NCBI GenBank assembly: GCA_035519435.1
Contig: DATIWL010000082.1
Location: 5,692 to 69,691, forward strand
Direction of reading: 5' to 3'
DNA from: Terriglobales bacterium
GTDB taxonomy: Bacteria > Acidobacteriota > Terriglobia > Terriglobales > Acidobacteriaceae
Length of the DNA stretch: 64,000 bases
Positions 21,069 through 29,690 of this stretch are shown in pieces. The position numbers and the translations under genes are program-made. Numbering within the stretch: the stretch's first letter is position 1; each line of letters opens with the position of its first letter. The notes below the pieces were generated by a model, which saw nothing but the letters and a program-made list of their open reading frames with translations, was not told the DNA's origin and ran no database searches.

Positions 21069-21256
21069 CCGGCTTGTGTCCTCCAAACTTTGGATTAGAT
21101 ATGACCACGAAAGTCACGGTCAAGCGAAACCGATATGCTTTACACTAGAACGAACGCAATGGAAAGCGTAGGTGGGGACGCGGCTCGCAGCCTGTGCGCA
21201 GCGACGCGGCGGCCGATGGGGAACGAGTGTATTCCGTCTCCGGCAATTGAGATGGT

Positions 21257-22162
21257 TTGGAATCGATGTTAAGGGCCTCCTGGAAGAATCCGGCGCTGCG
21301 CAAGCGTGCCAGCCAGTTCACGCGCTTGGTGCGGCATTCTGCGGTCACACCACGCACCGGGCAAACCCACAAACCGCGCCTGGTCACCAACGGGGAGCTC
21401 GGCGTCACATTCATCGGGCATTCCAGTTTCTTCCTGCAAATCGGGGGACAGAGCGTCCTGATCGATCCCAATTTTGCGCGCTGGTTGTTTCTTTTAAAGC
21501 GGTTGCGACAGCCGGGCTTGCACATTGGCGACCTGCCGCCGGTCGACGTGATTCTGGTCACGCACGCGCACTTCGACCACTTGCACCGGCAGTCGCTGCG
21601 CTCGATCGCGCGGCAAACGCGCCGGCAATCCGGATCTTCGCCGACGCTGGTGATTCCACACCACGTCTTCGACCTCGTCTCTGATCTCGGGTTCCAGGAC
21701 ATCGTTGAGTTGGAGTGGTGGAACACCTATCGCCACCGCGGCTTGGATATCACCCATGTACCGTCGCGGCACTGGGGAGCGCGCATCATCAAGGATTCGC
21801 ATCGCGGCTACGGTGGATACGTGTTGCGCTCGACAAAGCACTCCGTTTATCACGCCGGCGACACGGCATATTTTTCCGGATTCCGCGACATCGGAAGGAG
21901 GCTGGAGCCTGAACTGGCGCTGTTGCCGATTGGGGCGTACAACCCTCCGCAGTTCAGAAACGTCCATACCAGCCCGGCCGATGCGACACGAGCCTTCCTG
22001 GACTTAAATTCGAAATGGATGGTCCCCATGCACTATGGGACGTTCCGGCTGTCGCACGAGCCCATTGATGAGCCTCTGCAGTTGCTGGCTCGGGAAGCAG
22101 AGGCGGCCGGGGTCAAGGACCGGGTGGTTGTGCTGGAAGAAGGGGTCACGCGGTTCTTCTGA
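21257..22162 (+). CDS. MBL-fold metallo-hydrolase
   Basis: VTHAHFDHL metal motif. Overall pattern resembles the NAPE-PLD/UlaG-like beta-lactamase fold. Exact start uncertain. Confidence 0.8.
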   Translation: MESMLRASWKNPALRKRASQFTRLVRHSAVTPRTGQTHKPRLVTNGELGVTFIGHSSFFLQIGGQSVLIDPNFARWLFLLKRLRQPGLHIGDLPPVDVILVTHAHFDHLHRQSLRSIARQTRRQSGSSPTLVIPHHVFDLVSDLGFQDIVELEWWNTYRHRGLDITHVPSRHWGARIIKDSHRGYGGYVLRSTKHSVYHAGDTAYFSGFRDIGRRLEPELALLPIGAYNPPQFRNVHTSPADATRAFLDLNSKWMVPMHYGTFRLSHEPIDEPLQLLAREAEAAGVKDRVVVLEEGVTRFF

Positions 22163-22167
22163 CCGGC

Positions 22168-22334
22168 CCGATTGGAATCCCTTGAATCAATTGAGGCATC
22201 GGATCATTGAGTCATCGGGTGATTGAGTCATCATATTTTGTGTGTGCCAGACGACCCTCTCATATCACCGCAAAAATCGTCGGCTTGAGCACCCACCGAG
22301 ACCTCATGAATCAATGACCAAAAGCCTCAATCGG
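22168..22334. repeat. 16-nt tandem repeat with inverted partner
   Basis: 22190-22234 is ATTGAGGCATCGGATC ATTGAGTCATCGGGTG ATTGAGTCATCAT. Reverse complement of 22300-22334 is ..ATTGAGGCTTTTGGTC ATTGATTCATGAGGTC. Begins 6 nt after the stop at 22162. Confidence 0.6.
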
Positions 22335-22457
22335 CTGAACTGCGGTAACCAGGCGCGGAATCCTGCATCTCATTAAAAGCAGGGGATTACATGCTATACT
22401 GCGCTCAGATGCGGTGGCAGGATCCCTCCACATTGCACTGCCTGAGGAATTTACAAC

Positions 22458-24056
22458 ATGGCCGGTAGTTCTCGTCGCTCTCTCTTCCTGGTAGTTTTTG
22501 TGCTCGCATTATTCGGCTTGCTGGGAATGGTGTTCGCGCAGCGAATCAACCCTGCGGCTACTCCCAGTAGTGATTCGGACGTCCGGGACAGCTACAAGCA
22601 GTTCACAACGGTCTATGAGACTGTGGAGGAGAACTACGCCGAGCCGGTGAACGCCGACAAGGCAATTTACAACGGCGCCATTCCAGGCATGCTGCATTCG
22701 CTCGATCCGCACTCGAATTTCTTCGATCCGAAGTCCTATTCGCTGCTCCGCGAAGAGCAGCGTGGCAAGTATTACGGCGTGGGCATGACGGTCGGGCCAC
22801 GCAACAACAAAGTGATCGTGATCGCTCCGTTTGTCGGTACGCCGGCGTACCGCGCGGGCATTCATCCGGGCGACATCATTGTGGCTGTCGACGGCAAGAA
22901 CACCGACAACATGAGCACCTCGGATGTCGCGGACCTGCTCAAGGGGCCCAAGGGAACGACGGTTCGGATTACCGTGTTGCGCGAAGGCGCGGACCATCCG
23001 CTGGAGTTCAGCGTGGTGCGCGACGAGATTCCGCGCTATAGCGTCGATCTGCATTTCATGATCAAGCCCGGCGTCGGCTACATGCATGTCTCGGGTTTCC
23101 AGGAGACGACGGAACACGAAGTCGCCCAGGCGCTCGATGAGATGGGGGATCTGAAGGGCTTGATTCTCGATCTGCGGCAAAATCCGGGCGGGTTGCTGAG
23201 CGAAGGCGTGGGCGTGGCGGACAAGTTCCTTAAGAAGGGGCAGCTCATCGTCTCTCATCATGGCCGCTCGTCACCGGAAAAGCGTTACACGGCTGCACAC
23301 GGCAACGGCGGCAAGGATTATCCGCTGGTCGTGCTCGTGAATCGAGGGACGGCTTCGGCGGCCGAGATTGTTGCGGGCGCCATTCAGGACCACGATCGCG
23401 GCCTGATCGTCGGCGAAACAACTTTTGGCAAGGGCCTGGTTCAGACCGTGTATCCGCTGGCGGAGAACACCGGGTTGGCCCTGACCACCGCGCGCTACTA
23501 CACGCCGAGTGGGCGGCTGATCCAACGCGACTATTCGAATCTCTCGCTGTACGACTACTACTACAACCGCGAAAAGGAAGAAAACAACGCCAGCCACGAG
23601 GTCAAACTCACCGACAGCGGACGCACCGTCTATGGCGGCGGCGGGATTACGCCCGATGTGAAGCTGCCCGCGATCAAGTCGAACAAGTTCCAGGATTCGC
23701 TTCTGCAGCACTATGCGTTCTTCAACTTCGCCAAACGGTACGTGGTGTCGCACAAGGTCGGGCATGACTTCGATGTCGATGAGGTGGTCATGCAGGACTT
23801 CCGCAAATTCCTCGACGAAGAGAAGATTCCGTTCACTGAGGGAGAACTGATCGAGAACCACGATTGGCTGCGGTCCAACATCAAGAGCGAACTGTTCGTC
23901 GATGCCTTTGGCCAGGAAGAGGGTCTGAAAGTCCGGGCTGAAACCGATCCGGAAGTGACGAAGGCTCTGGAACTGCTGCCGCAGGCAAGAGCGCTGGCGG
24001 AGAACGCGCGCAAGATCATTGCCGAGCGAAACTCGGCGATGCCGGTGTCGAGATAG
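22458..24056 (+). CDS. ctpA: S41 family carboxyl-terminal processing peptidase with PDZ domain
   Basis: Signal anchor, PDZ (GDIIVAVDGK), and the S41 catalytic region (LVNRGTASAAEI..TFGKG). Confidence 0.9.
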   Translation: MAGSSRRSLFLVVFVLALFGLLGMVFAQRINPAATPSSDSDVRDSYKQFTTVYETVEENYAEPVNADKAIYNGAIPGMLHSLDPHSNFFDPKSYSLLREEQRGKYYGVGMTVGPRNNKVIVIAPFVGTPAYRAGIHPGDIIVAVDGKNTDNMSTSDVADLLKGPKGTTVRITVLREGADHPLEFSVVRDEIPRYSVDLHFMIKPGVGYMHVSGFQETTEHEVAQALDEMGDLKGLILDLRQNPGGLLSEGVGVADKFLKKGQLIVSHHGRSSPEKRYTAAHGNGGKDYPLVVLVNRGTASAAEIVAGAIQDHDRGLIVGETTFGKGLVQTVYPLAENTGLALTTARYYTPSGRLIQRDYSNLSLYDYYYNREKEENNASHEVKLTDSGRTVYGGGGITPDVKLPAIKSNKFQDSLLQHYAFFNFAKRYVVSHKVGHDFDVDEVVMQDFRKFLDEEKIPFTEGELIENHDWLRSNIKSELFVDAFGQEEGLKVRAETDPEVTKALELLPQARALAENARKIIAERNSAMPVSR

Positions 24057-24140
24057 AAGTCGGAATGCAGAAGTCAAAATGCAGAAGTGAAACCCTCTAG
24101 GCCCGAGTCTTCCCTTCTACATCCTCATTCTGCATTCCCC
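24056..24140. repeat. Heptad-built inverted repeat (GAAGT word family)
   Basis: 24056-24090 is GAAGTCG GAATGCA GAAGTCA AAATGCA GAAGTGA, starting on the last base of the TAG stop. A complementary arm ..CTCATTC TGCATTC lies at 24124-24137. Confidence 0.65.
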
Positions 24141-24237
24141 CCTTGAGTACTCTTCCCAAAAGCCCTAAAGTATTTGCAGCTAGCGTCGCGGAGGCGCCGG
24201 TCTGCCCTCAGCCACCATCCCCCAACTTGGTCCATGG

Positions 24238-24747
24238 ATGCCGGCGGTACTGACGGCTGTGGTTGCGGGGAGTCTGGATTGGCGCTATCGACGGATCCCC
24301 AACTGGCTGACCGTCTCAGGACTGGCTGCGGGCATCGCGGTGAACTCCGCGATCTTCGGATGGTCGGGCCTGAAAGCATCATGGCTGGGGGCGGCGCTGG
24401 GGCTGGGAATCCTCTTGCCGTTTGTCCTGATCAGGGCCCTGGGCGCCGGTGATTGGAAACTGGCGGGCGCTTTGGGCGCATGTCTGGGACCGCGCGATTT
24501 GCTCGCGGTACTGGTGGGGACGATCCTGGTGGCGGGTATCATGGCACTGGGAGTGGTGATCTGGAAGCGGCGGCTGTGGCTCACGCTGCGGAATATCGTC
24601 CACATTCTTGCGGCGTTCTTCCATTTCCGGATGCCTGGCGCCGAGTTTTCGCTGGATAGCCCGCAATCCACCAAGATTCCTTTTGGCGTGGCGATGGCGG
24701 CGACGGTGTTAGTTCTGGGAGCAGCACACGCACTCGGCAAGTTGTGA
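24238..24747 (+). CDS. cpaA: A24 family prepilin peptidase (CpaA/TadV-like)
   Basis: 169 aa, polytopic. The DWRYRRIPN and GAGDWKL aspartate motifs are typical of Flp prepilin peptidases. Confidence 0.8.
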   Translation: MPAVLTAVVAGSLDWRYRRIPNWLTVSGLAAGIAVNSAIFGWSGLKASWLGAALGLGILLPFVLIRALGAGDWKLAGALGACLGPRDLLAVLVGTILVAGIMALGVVIWKRRLWLTLRNIVHILAAFFHFRMPGAEFSLDSPQSTKIPFGVAMAATVLVLGAAHALGKL

Positions 24748-24754
24748 ATCGGCA

Positions 24755-25303
24755 ATGTTGAAAAGGATTCGCCAACTCAGAAGCAGCGACGGCGCTGAAA
24801 TCGCCGAGGCAGCTCTGGTGTTGCCGATCGTGTTCACGTTCCTGCTGGGTATTGTCTGGTTTGGAAGGGCGTTTCAGATCTACTCGACGATCACGCAAGC
24901 GGCCGAACGTGGCGCAACGATTGCGGCACGCCCCTTGTGCGCCACGTGCCCGGGCACGGGGTGGGCTGGCACTGGTTTCCCGGACAATGCCACAGTGGAA
25001 AACTCCGTCTTGGGCGTGATGACTGCATCGAGTTTGGATCCCGGGCAGATTTCGCAGTATGCGCCGACGGGCATGCAGCAATGCCCGAATGCTCCCCCGA
25101 TCGAGTGCCCTCACTATACGGGGAACAACATCGCGATTTGCCGGTCGGTGTGGTTGAACCCGTCGGCTGCCGATCCCCCTCCACCACCGCATTGTGGGGT
25201 GATCGTCAGTTTCCAGTACCCGTTCCAGCTCAACGTGCCTTTCACATCTCTGGGCCAGCAGATCATGCTGAAGGCGCAAGCGCAGAGCCGGATGGAGAAC
25301 TGA
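24755..25303 (+). CDS. TadE-like pseudopilin
   Basis: N-terminal GAEIAEAALVLPIVFTFLLGIVWFGRAF matches the TadE (PF07811-type) pattern. Confidence 0.8.
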   Translation: MLKRIRQLRSSDGAEIAEAALVLPIVFTFLLGIVWFGRAFQIYSTITQAAERGATIAARPLCATCPGTGWAGTGFPDNATVENSVLGVMTASSLDPGQISQYAPTGMQQCPNAPPIECPHYTGNNIAICRSVWLNPSAADPPPPPHCGVIVSFQYPFQLNVPFTSLGQQIMLKAQAQSRMEN

Positions 25304-25304
25304 A

Positions 25305-25874
25305 ATGCACTGGCGACTGCTCAACCTTGTCCGGCAGACCCAAGGCTCGGCATTGATCGAGTTCGCGATCGTGCTGCCTCTGCTCGTGGTCTTCGTTGTC
25401 GGCATTTACGACTTCAGCGGGGCCTACAACCAGAAGCAGAAGATCGAACATGCGGCGCAAGTGGGCGCGATTGTGGCGGGCGCCCAACCCACCAGTGACA
25501 TGAATTCCTCCGTTGCCAAGCCGGACTCGCTGCAGGCTGTGGTGACAGTAATTTTCAACTCGCTGGTCGCCGACAGCGTGCTTCCCGTGGCAAACCCGGC
25601 AACGTGTACTCCCGTTGCAGCGACGGTGGTCCATAGCAACCTGGCGTGGACGTATACAATTTCCGGCTGCTCCAGCGTACCCGGGGATCTCGTGATCACG
25701 ATTGACCGGGGAGTCGTCGCGGTTGGCCAACCCAGCATCGTTAGCACTTCGGTGACGGTCAGTTATCCGTATCATTGGCGCTTCAACAGCGCGATCCAGC
25801 TTTTGCTCCCGGGTTCCACGTATGCGGCGACCACCGATCTGCGCGAGACGTCCATCGTCCACAATCAAACGTGA
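25305..25874 (+). CDS. TadE-like pseudopilin
   Basis: N-terminal GSALIEFAIVLPLLVVFVVGIYDFSGAY. Starts 2 nt after the previous stop. Confidence 0.8.
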   Translation: MHWRLLNLVRQTQGSALIEFAIVLPLLVVFVVGIYDFSGAYNQKQKIEHAAQVGAIVAGAQPTSDMNSSVAKPDSLQAVVTVIFNSLVADSVLPVANPATCTPVAATVVHSNLAWTYTISGCSSVPGDLVITIDRGVVAVGQPSIVSTSVTVSYPYHWRFNSAIQLLLPGSTYAATTDLRETSIVHNQT

Positions 25875-25881
25875 GGGCATT

Positions 25882-27165
25882 GTGTATCGCAGGCAATCCA
25901 TTTCCCGGCGCAAGGGCGAACGTGGCGTAGTCATCCTGCTGGTGGCGATCGTGTTGCTATTCGTGGTGGGCGCGATGGCGGCCCTGGCGGTCGACTTCGT
26001 AACGTTCTATACCGCCCGCAGTGAGGCGCAGTTGGCTGCCGACAGCGCTGCCTTGGCGGGGGCACGGATGATGGCGAATTCCGGCGTGACATCGAATCCT
26101 TCCGACAGCGGGCTCAATTCTGCAGCGCAGACTCTCGCGGAAAACGTCGCCCGCCAAGTGGCGATGAGCAACAAAGTCGGCGGCAGAAACCTGGTTGGCA
26201 CCGAGGTAGTGGTCACACTTTCGACGGCGTCCAGCGGCGGTGGCGGAGGACTGGGGCCGAATCCGCGCATCACGGTGCAGATCAGCAGGACTGACCTGCC
26301 GACATTCTTCGCACGCATCTGGGGGAGGACGCAGTTATCGCTGTCCGCGTCGGCGACGGCTGAGGCATACAACCCCTCAGGGTTGAACGGTTCGCCAGGG
26401 AGGTATCCGACGGTCGCACCAATCTGCGTCAAGCCCTGGGTGCTCCCGAATCTGGATCCGAACGGGAATCCATTGTTCAACGCGACGACGGGAGCGGCGA
26501 TCAACGCCAGTGGCGTGCTGGGGTGGTCAGACGCGGCTCAGCCCACGGGGCGCTTTCGTTCGGCGACCGGCGGAGCGCCGCAGGCCTGGCACTACTACCC
26601 CGGAAGTCAGCTGGACTTCCCGGCTCCAACGCAAGCGTTGCCCAATTGCGGAGGCTTGGACTCCTATCAGGAAAGCATTGCCGGGTGTGTCTCAACCCCA
26701 ATTTCCTGCAACAGCACGGTGCGTTTGGACACAGGTCCGTACTTTCAGCGGACCCGTAAGACTGCGATCGCCGTTAACTGCTTGACGCACGCTGCAACAA
26801 ATGGCGGCGATCAGGTCAGCACCGCACCGCCGGGGCGGGCTTTCCGGTTTGTCGGTGGAGATGGGAACCCGATCGCGGCCTTGGACAACCAGGAAGTCAT
26901 GGTCAGCAACTCACTGGTCACGGTCCCGGTATACAACAGCAGCGGCGTCGCACCCGGGACCACTGTCCAGATTGTCGGTTTCGTTCAGCTTTTCATGAAC
27001 CCGGACGGAAATGCAGCACCGACCGCCGGGTTCGGCGGCCCTCCACCCCCGATCAAGACTGCCGTTGTCAATCTCGTCGGATGTGGCACGAACGCCTCGA
27101 CCACCGACCAACCGGTGCTCGGCAACGGTGCGTCTCCCGTAGCGGTACGACTGGTCACACCGTAG
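25882..27165 (+). CDS. TadG-like Flp pilus-assembly protein
   Basis: GERGVVILLVAIVLLFVVGAMAALAVDFVTFYTARSEAQLAADSAALAGA matches the Tad/TadG N-terminal pattern. In-frame GTG 25882 is preferred over 25822, which overlaps the upstream gene. Confidence 0.75.
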   Translation: MYRRQSISRRKGERGVVILLVAIVLLFVVGAMAALAVDFVTFYTARSEAQLAADSAALAGARMMANSGVTSNPSDSGLNSAAQTLAENVARQVAMSNKVGGRNLVGTEVVVTLSTASSGGGGGLGPNPRITVQISRTDLPTFFARIWGRTQLSLSASATAEAYNPSGLNGSPGRYPTVAPICVKPWVLPNLDPNGNPLFNATTGAAINASGVLGWSDAAQPTGRFRSATGGAPQAWHYYPGSQLDFPAPTQALPNCGGLDSYQESIAGCVSTPISCNSTVRLDTGPYFQRTRKTAIAVNCLTHAATNGGDQVSTAPPGRAFRFVGGDGNPIAALDNQEVMVSNSLVTVPVYNSSGVAPGTTVQIVGFVQLFMNPDGNAAPTAGFGGPPPPIKTAVVNLVGCGTNASTTDQPVLGNGASPVAVRLVTP

Positions 27166-27170
27166 TAAAC

Positions 27171-27198
27171 CAGCTGTCAGCTCTTAGCTCTTAGCTCA
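27171..27198. repeat. Four in-phase heptads (AGCT word family)
   Basis: CAGCTGT CAGCTCT TAGCTCT TAGCTCA, starting 6 nt after the TadG-like stop. Confidence 0.6.
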
Positions 27199-27268
27199 GA
27201 AAGCGTCGTGCCAGACTGTGGGCTCTTGCAATCGTCATGTTTCAGGGAACCAAGATTTGGGGACTTCC

Positions 27269-28006
27269 CTACCGCACGGTCAGGATGGCTTTCTGCAGGG
27301 AGCGTCCGCGATTGTTGCCGACGAAGATGAAGTTGTAACGAGAGCCATTGAGAAGCGCCGCCAGCACGTCGCGCACGGGCGCGGGGCCCAGTTCGGCGGC
27401 GATTTCTTCGCTTTCAGCTCCCGCCGGGATAGCGATCTCGGCGCCGGTCTGCCGCTGCACTTCGTAGAGCACCTGTGCCAGTGTGGCGCGCTCCACGTGG
27501 ATGCGGAGCATTCCACTGCTGTAGGTCACGTCCATCGGAGGCTTCTGCGGCGTGACGGGCGGCGGTTCGTTGGCCTCCGCTGCAGTCTCCGGCGCAGGAG
27601 CTTTCACGATCGGGTTCACCGTGCCTACCTTGAGCATCACAGCGTTCCTGATGGAGAAGATCTGGTATTGCTGCGGTCCCGCCAGATCGAGAACCACGCG
27701 TGTCACCGGAGGATTCGCCGAGAACAGCCCGGAGCGAATCGCCTTGAGAGGTCCCCGGCTCACATTCACAGGGCGCAGCTCCGCAGCCGGAAGAGCGCCC
27801 GGAAAGTCGACGATAATGCGGTCGGGATTGGAGATCGCCTGGCACTGCGGGGTTACGGGTCCTGAAGATTGAATCTCCACTTCGATCGCCTGCCCGCTAC
27901 CCAGGACGGAGATGTGCTGCACGCGCGGCGGCGCTTGTGCGGCCAGCGGCGCAACCATCAACATCGCTGCACAACGTAGCTGTACGCGGCGGAAACAGAA
28001 AGACAT
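27269..28006 (-). CDS. AMIN domain protein with STN-like C-terminal domain, no secretin domain
   Basis: Signal peptide. AMIN pattern: IEVEIQSSGPV..ISNPDRIIVDFPGA..IRSGLFSANPPVTRVVLDL. The C-terminal ATLAQVLYEVQRQTGAEIAIP..VRDVLAALLNGSRYNFIF resembles the Secretin/TonB N-terminal short domain. Confidence 0.7.
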   Translation of the reverse strand: MSFCFRRVQLRCAAMLMVAPLAAQAPPRVQHISVLGSGQAIEVEIQSSGPVTPQCQAISNPDRIIVDFPGALPAAELRPVNVSRGPLKAIRSGLFSANPPVTRVVLDLAGPQQYQIFSIRNAVMLKVGTVNPIVKAPAPETAAEANEPPPVTPQKPPMDVTYSSGMLRIHVERATLAQVLYEVQRQTGAEIAIPAGAESEEIAAELGPAPVRDVLAALLNGSRYNFIFVGNNRGRSLQKAILTVR

Positions 28007-28517
28007 GACGCGTCCTAGGTTGAGTTTAGCAGTGTGGGAGAGCCAGTTTCCTACCCGGAAGTCGTAGTCCTAATTCGGCGTCAGATCACGGGTCGGCAGG
28101 GCTGGCGGTCGCGGTGGGGCCCGCGTCGCACCCAGCCGTTCAGAACGTCTGTTGTCTTGCGGGCTTCTTCGAGCGCCCGATGGGGATCGCGTCCAGTAGC
28201 TTCCCTTGTACCAATACGCCGGCAGACTCTCGAGCACGGAACCTCGCTGAGATTCGGGTCACAGACCGGAGCGGCACGAAAGGACTGGACTACAGGAGAG
28301 GCGCTAATTTTCATCTTAGCGATCGCGGGCCTGTCGCGAAAAAGTCGGCGCAGCACTCACCGCGAGGAATAGAATTTCAGCCAAGAGATTCAGCCGCCGA
28401 GGTGGGCTTATGCTGGATACCTCGATCACCGCCCACTCTTCCCCATCGAAGCTCCGCTCATCCGATGCATTGATCGATCGTGTTTCCGACCTGGGGATTT
28501 CGATTCCAGTTTCCGGG

Positions 28518-29666
28518 ATGCCGGCGGCGCCGCTCGATCGCAGGACGTTCCTGAAGGCAACAACATTACCCTGCCTGGCTGCCTGCGCGTTTTGCCTGCG
28601 AGGCGCTCCGGCGCATGGTCTGGCGACGCTTTCGGCCGGCGAAGACGACGCCCGCTTTCGGGTCGAAGCGAGGTTCTACGAGAAGTTGCCGGACAAACTC
28701 GTTCGCTGTCATTTATGCCCGCGGGGCTGCGTCGTCGCAAGCGGCCAGCGCGGGCATTGTCGCATCCGCGAAAACCGTAACGGTACGTACTATTCCCTGG
28801 TCCACTCGCGCGTGTGCGCCGCGCATGTCGATCCCATCGAGAAGAAGCCCTTTTTTCATTTCCATCCGGGAGTGGTTGCCTTTTCGCTTGCGACCGTGGG
28901 CTGCAACGTAACGTGCAAGTTCTGCCAGAACTGGGAAATCTCGCAGGCCAAGCCGGAAGAATTGCCGGCCCGCTATATGCCGCCGGCGGATGTGGCCTCG
29001 CTGGCCAAACAGAACCAGTGCCCGGCGGTCGCTTTCACCTACAGCGAGCCGACGGTATGGAACGAGTTCGTTACAGATGCAGCCGATGCGGTTCGCGAGC
29101 AGGGACTGAAAGCCGTGGTCGTGTCGAATGGATTCATTCAGCAGGAACCGCTGAAACGTCTCTGCCGCCATGTCGATGCGATCAAGATCGACATGAAAGC
29201 ATTTTCGGCAAAGTACTACCGTGAAGTTGTCGACGGCGAGCTTCAGCCCATTTTGGACACCCTGGTGACCACCCGCAAGGAAGCCAGGTGGATGGAGATC
29301 GTCCACCTGGTCGTGCCGACGTTGAATGACGGCGACGCCGAGTTCCGCGATCTGGCGAAATGGATCAAGGCCAATCTCGGGAACGATGTTCCCATTCACT
29401 TCACGCGGTTTCATCCCATGTTCCTGCTGAAGAACCTTCCGCCGACGCCGGTCGGAACTCTGGAGCGCGCCAAGGCGATCGCCGACGCGGAAGGCTTGCA
29501 ATATGTGTACATCGGCAACGTGCCGGGACATCCCGCGGAGAATACCTATTGCCCGAAGTGCCACCGCCTGCTCATTGAGCGTGCCGGATTCACAGTGAAG
29601 CAGAATCACATTCGCAAGGGAAAGTGCGAGTACTGCCAGCATGGCATTCCTGGAATGTGGAGCTGA
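28518..29666 (+). CDS. AmmeMemoRadiSam system radical SAM enzyme with twin-arginine signal
   Basis: CNVTCKFCQNWEIS (CxxxCxxC). Upstream cysteine cluster CHLCPRGC..GHC. Overall family pattern EARFYEKL..VRC.LCPR. The N-terminus MPAAPLDRRTFLKATTLPCLAACAFCLRGAPAHG contains a textbook RRxFLK motif. The ORF extends to 28410. Confidence 0.85.
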   Translation: MPAAPLDRRTFLKATTLPCLAACAFCLRGAPAHGLATLSAGEDDARFRVEARFYEKLPDKLVRCHLCPRGCVVASGQRGHCRIRENRNGTYYSLVHSRVCAAHVDPIEKKPFFHFHPGVVAFSLATVGCNVTCKFCQNWEISQAKPEELPARYMPPADVASLAKQNQCPAVAFTYSEPTVWNEFVTDAADAVREQGLKAVVVSNGFIQQEPLKRLCRHVDAIKIDMKAFSAKYYREVVDGELQPILDTLVTTRKEARWMEIVHLVVPTLNDGDAEFRDLAKWIKANLGNDVPIHFTRFHPMFLLKNLPPTPVGTLERAKAIADAEGLQYVYIGNVPGHPAENTYCPKCHRLLIERAGFTVKQNHIRKGKCEYCQHGIPGMWS

Positions 29667-29690
29667 GGCAGCGACAGAATTGGAGTTCCT

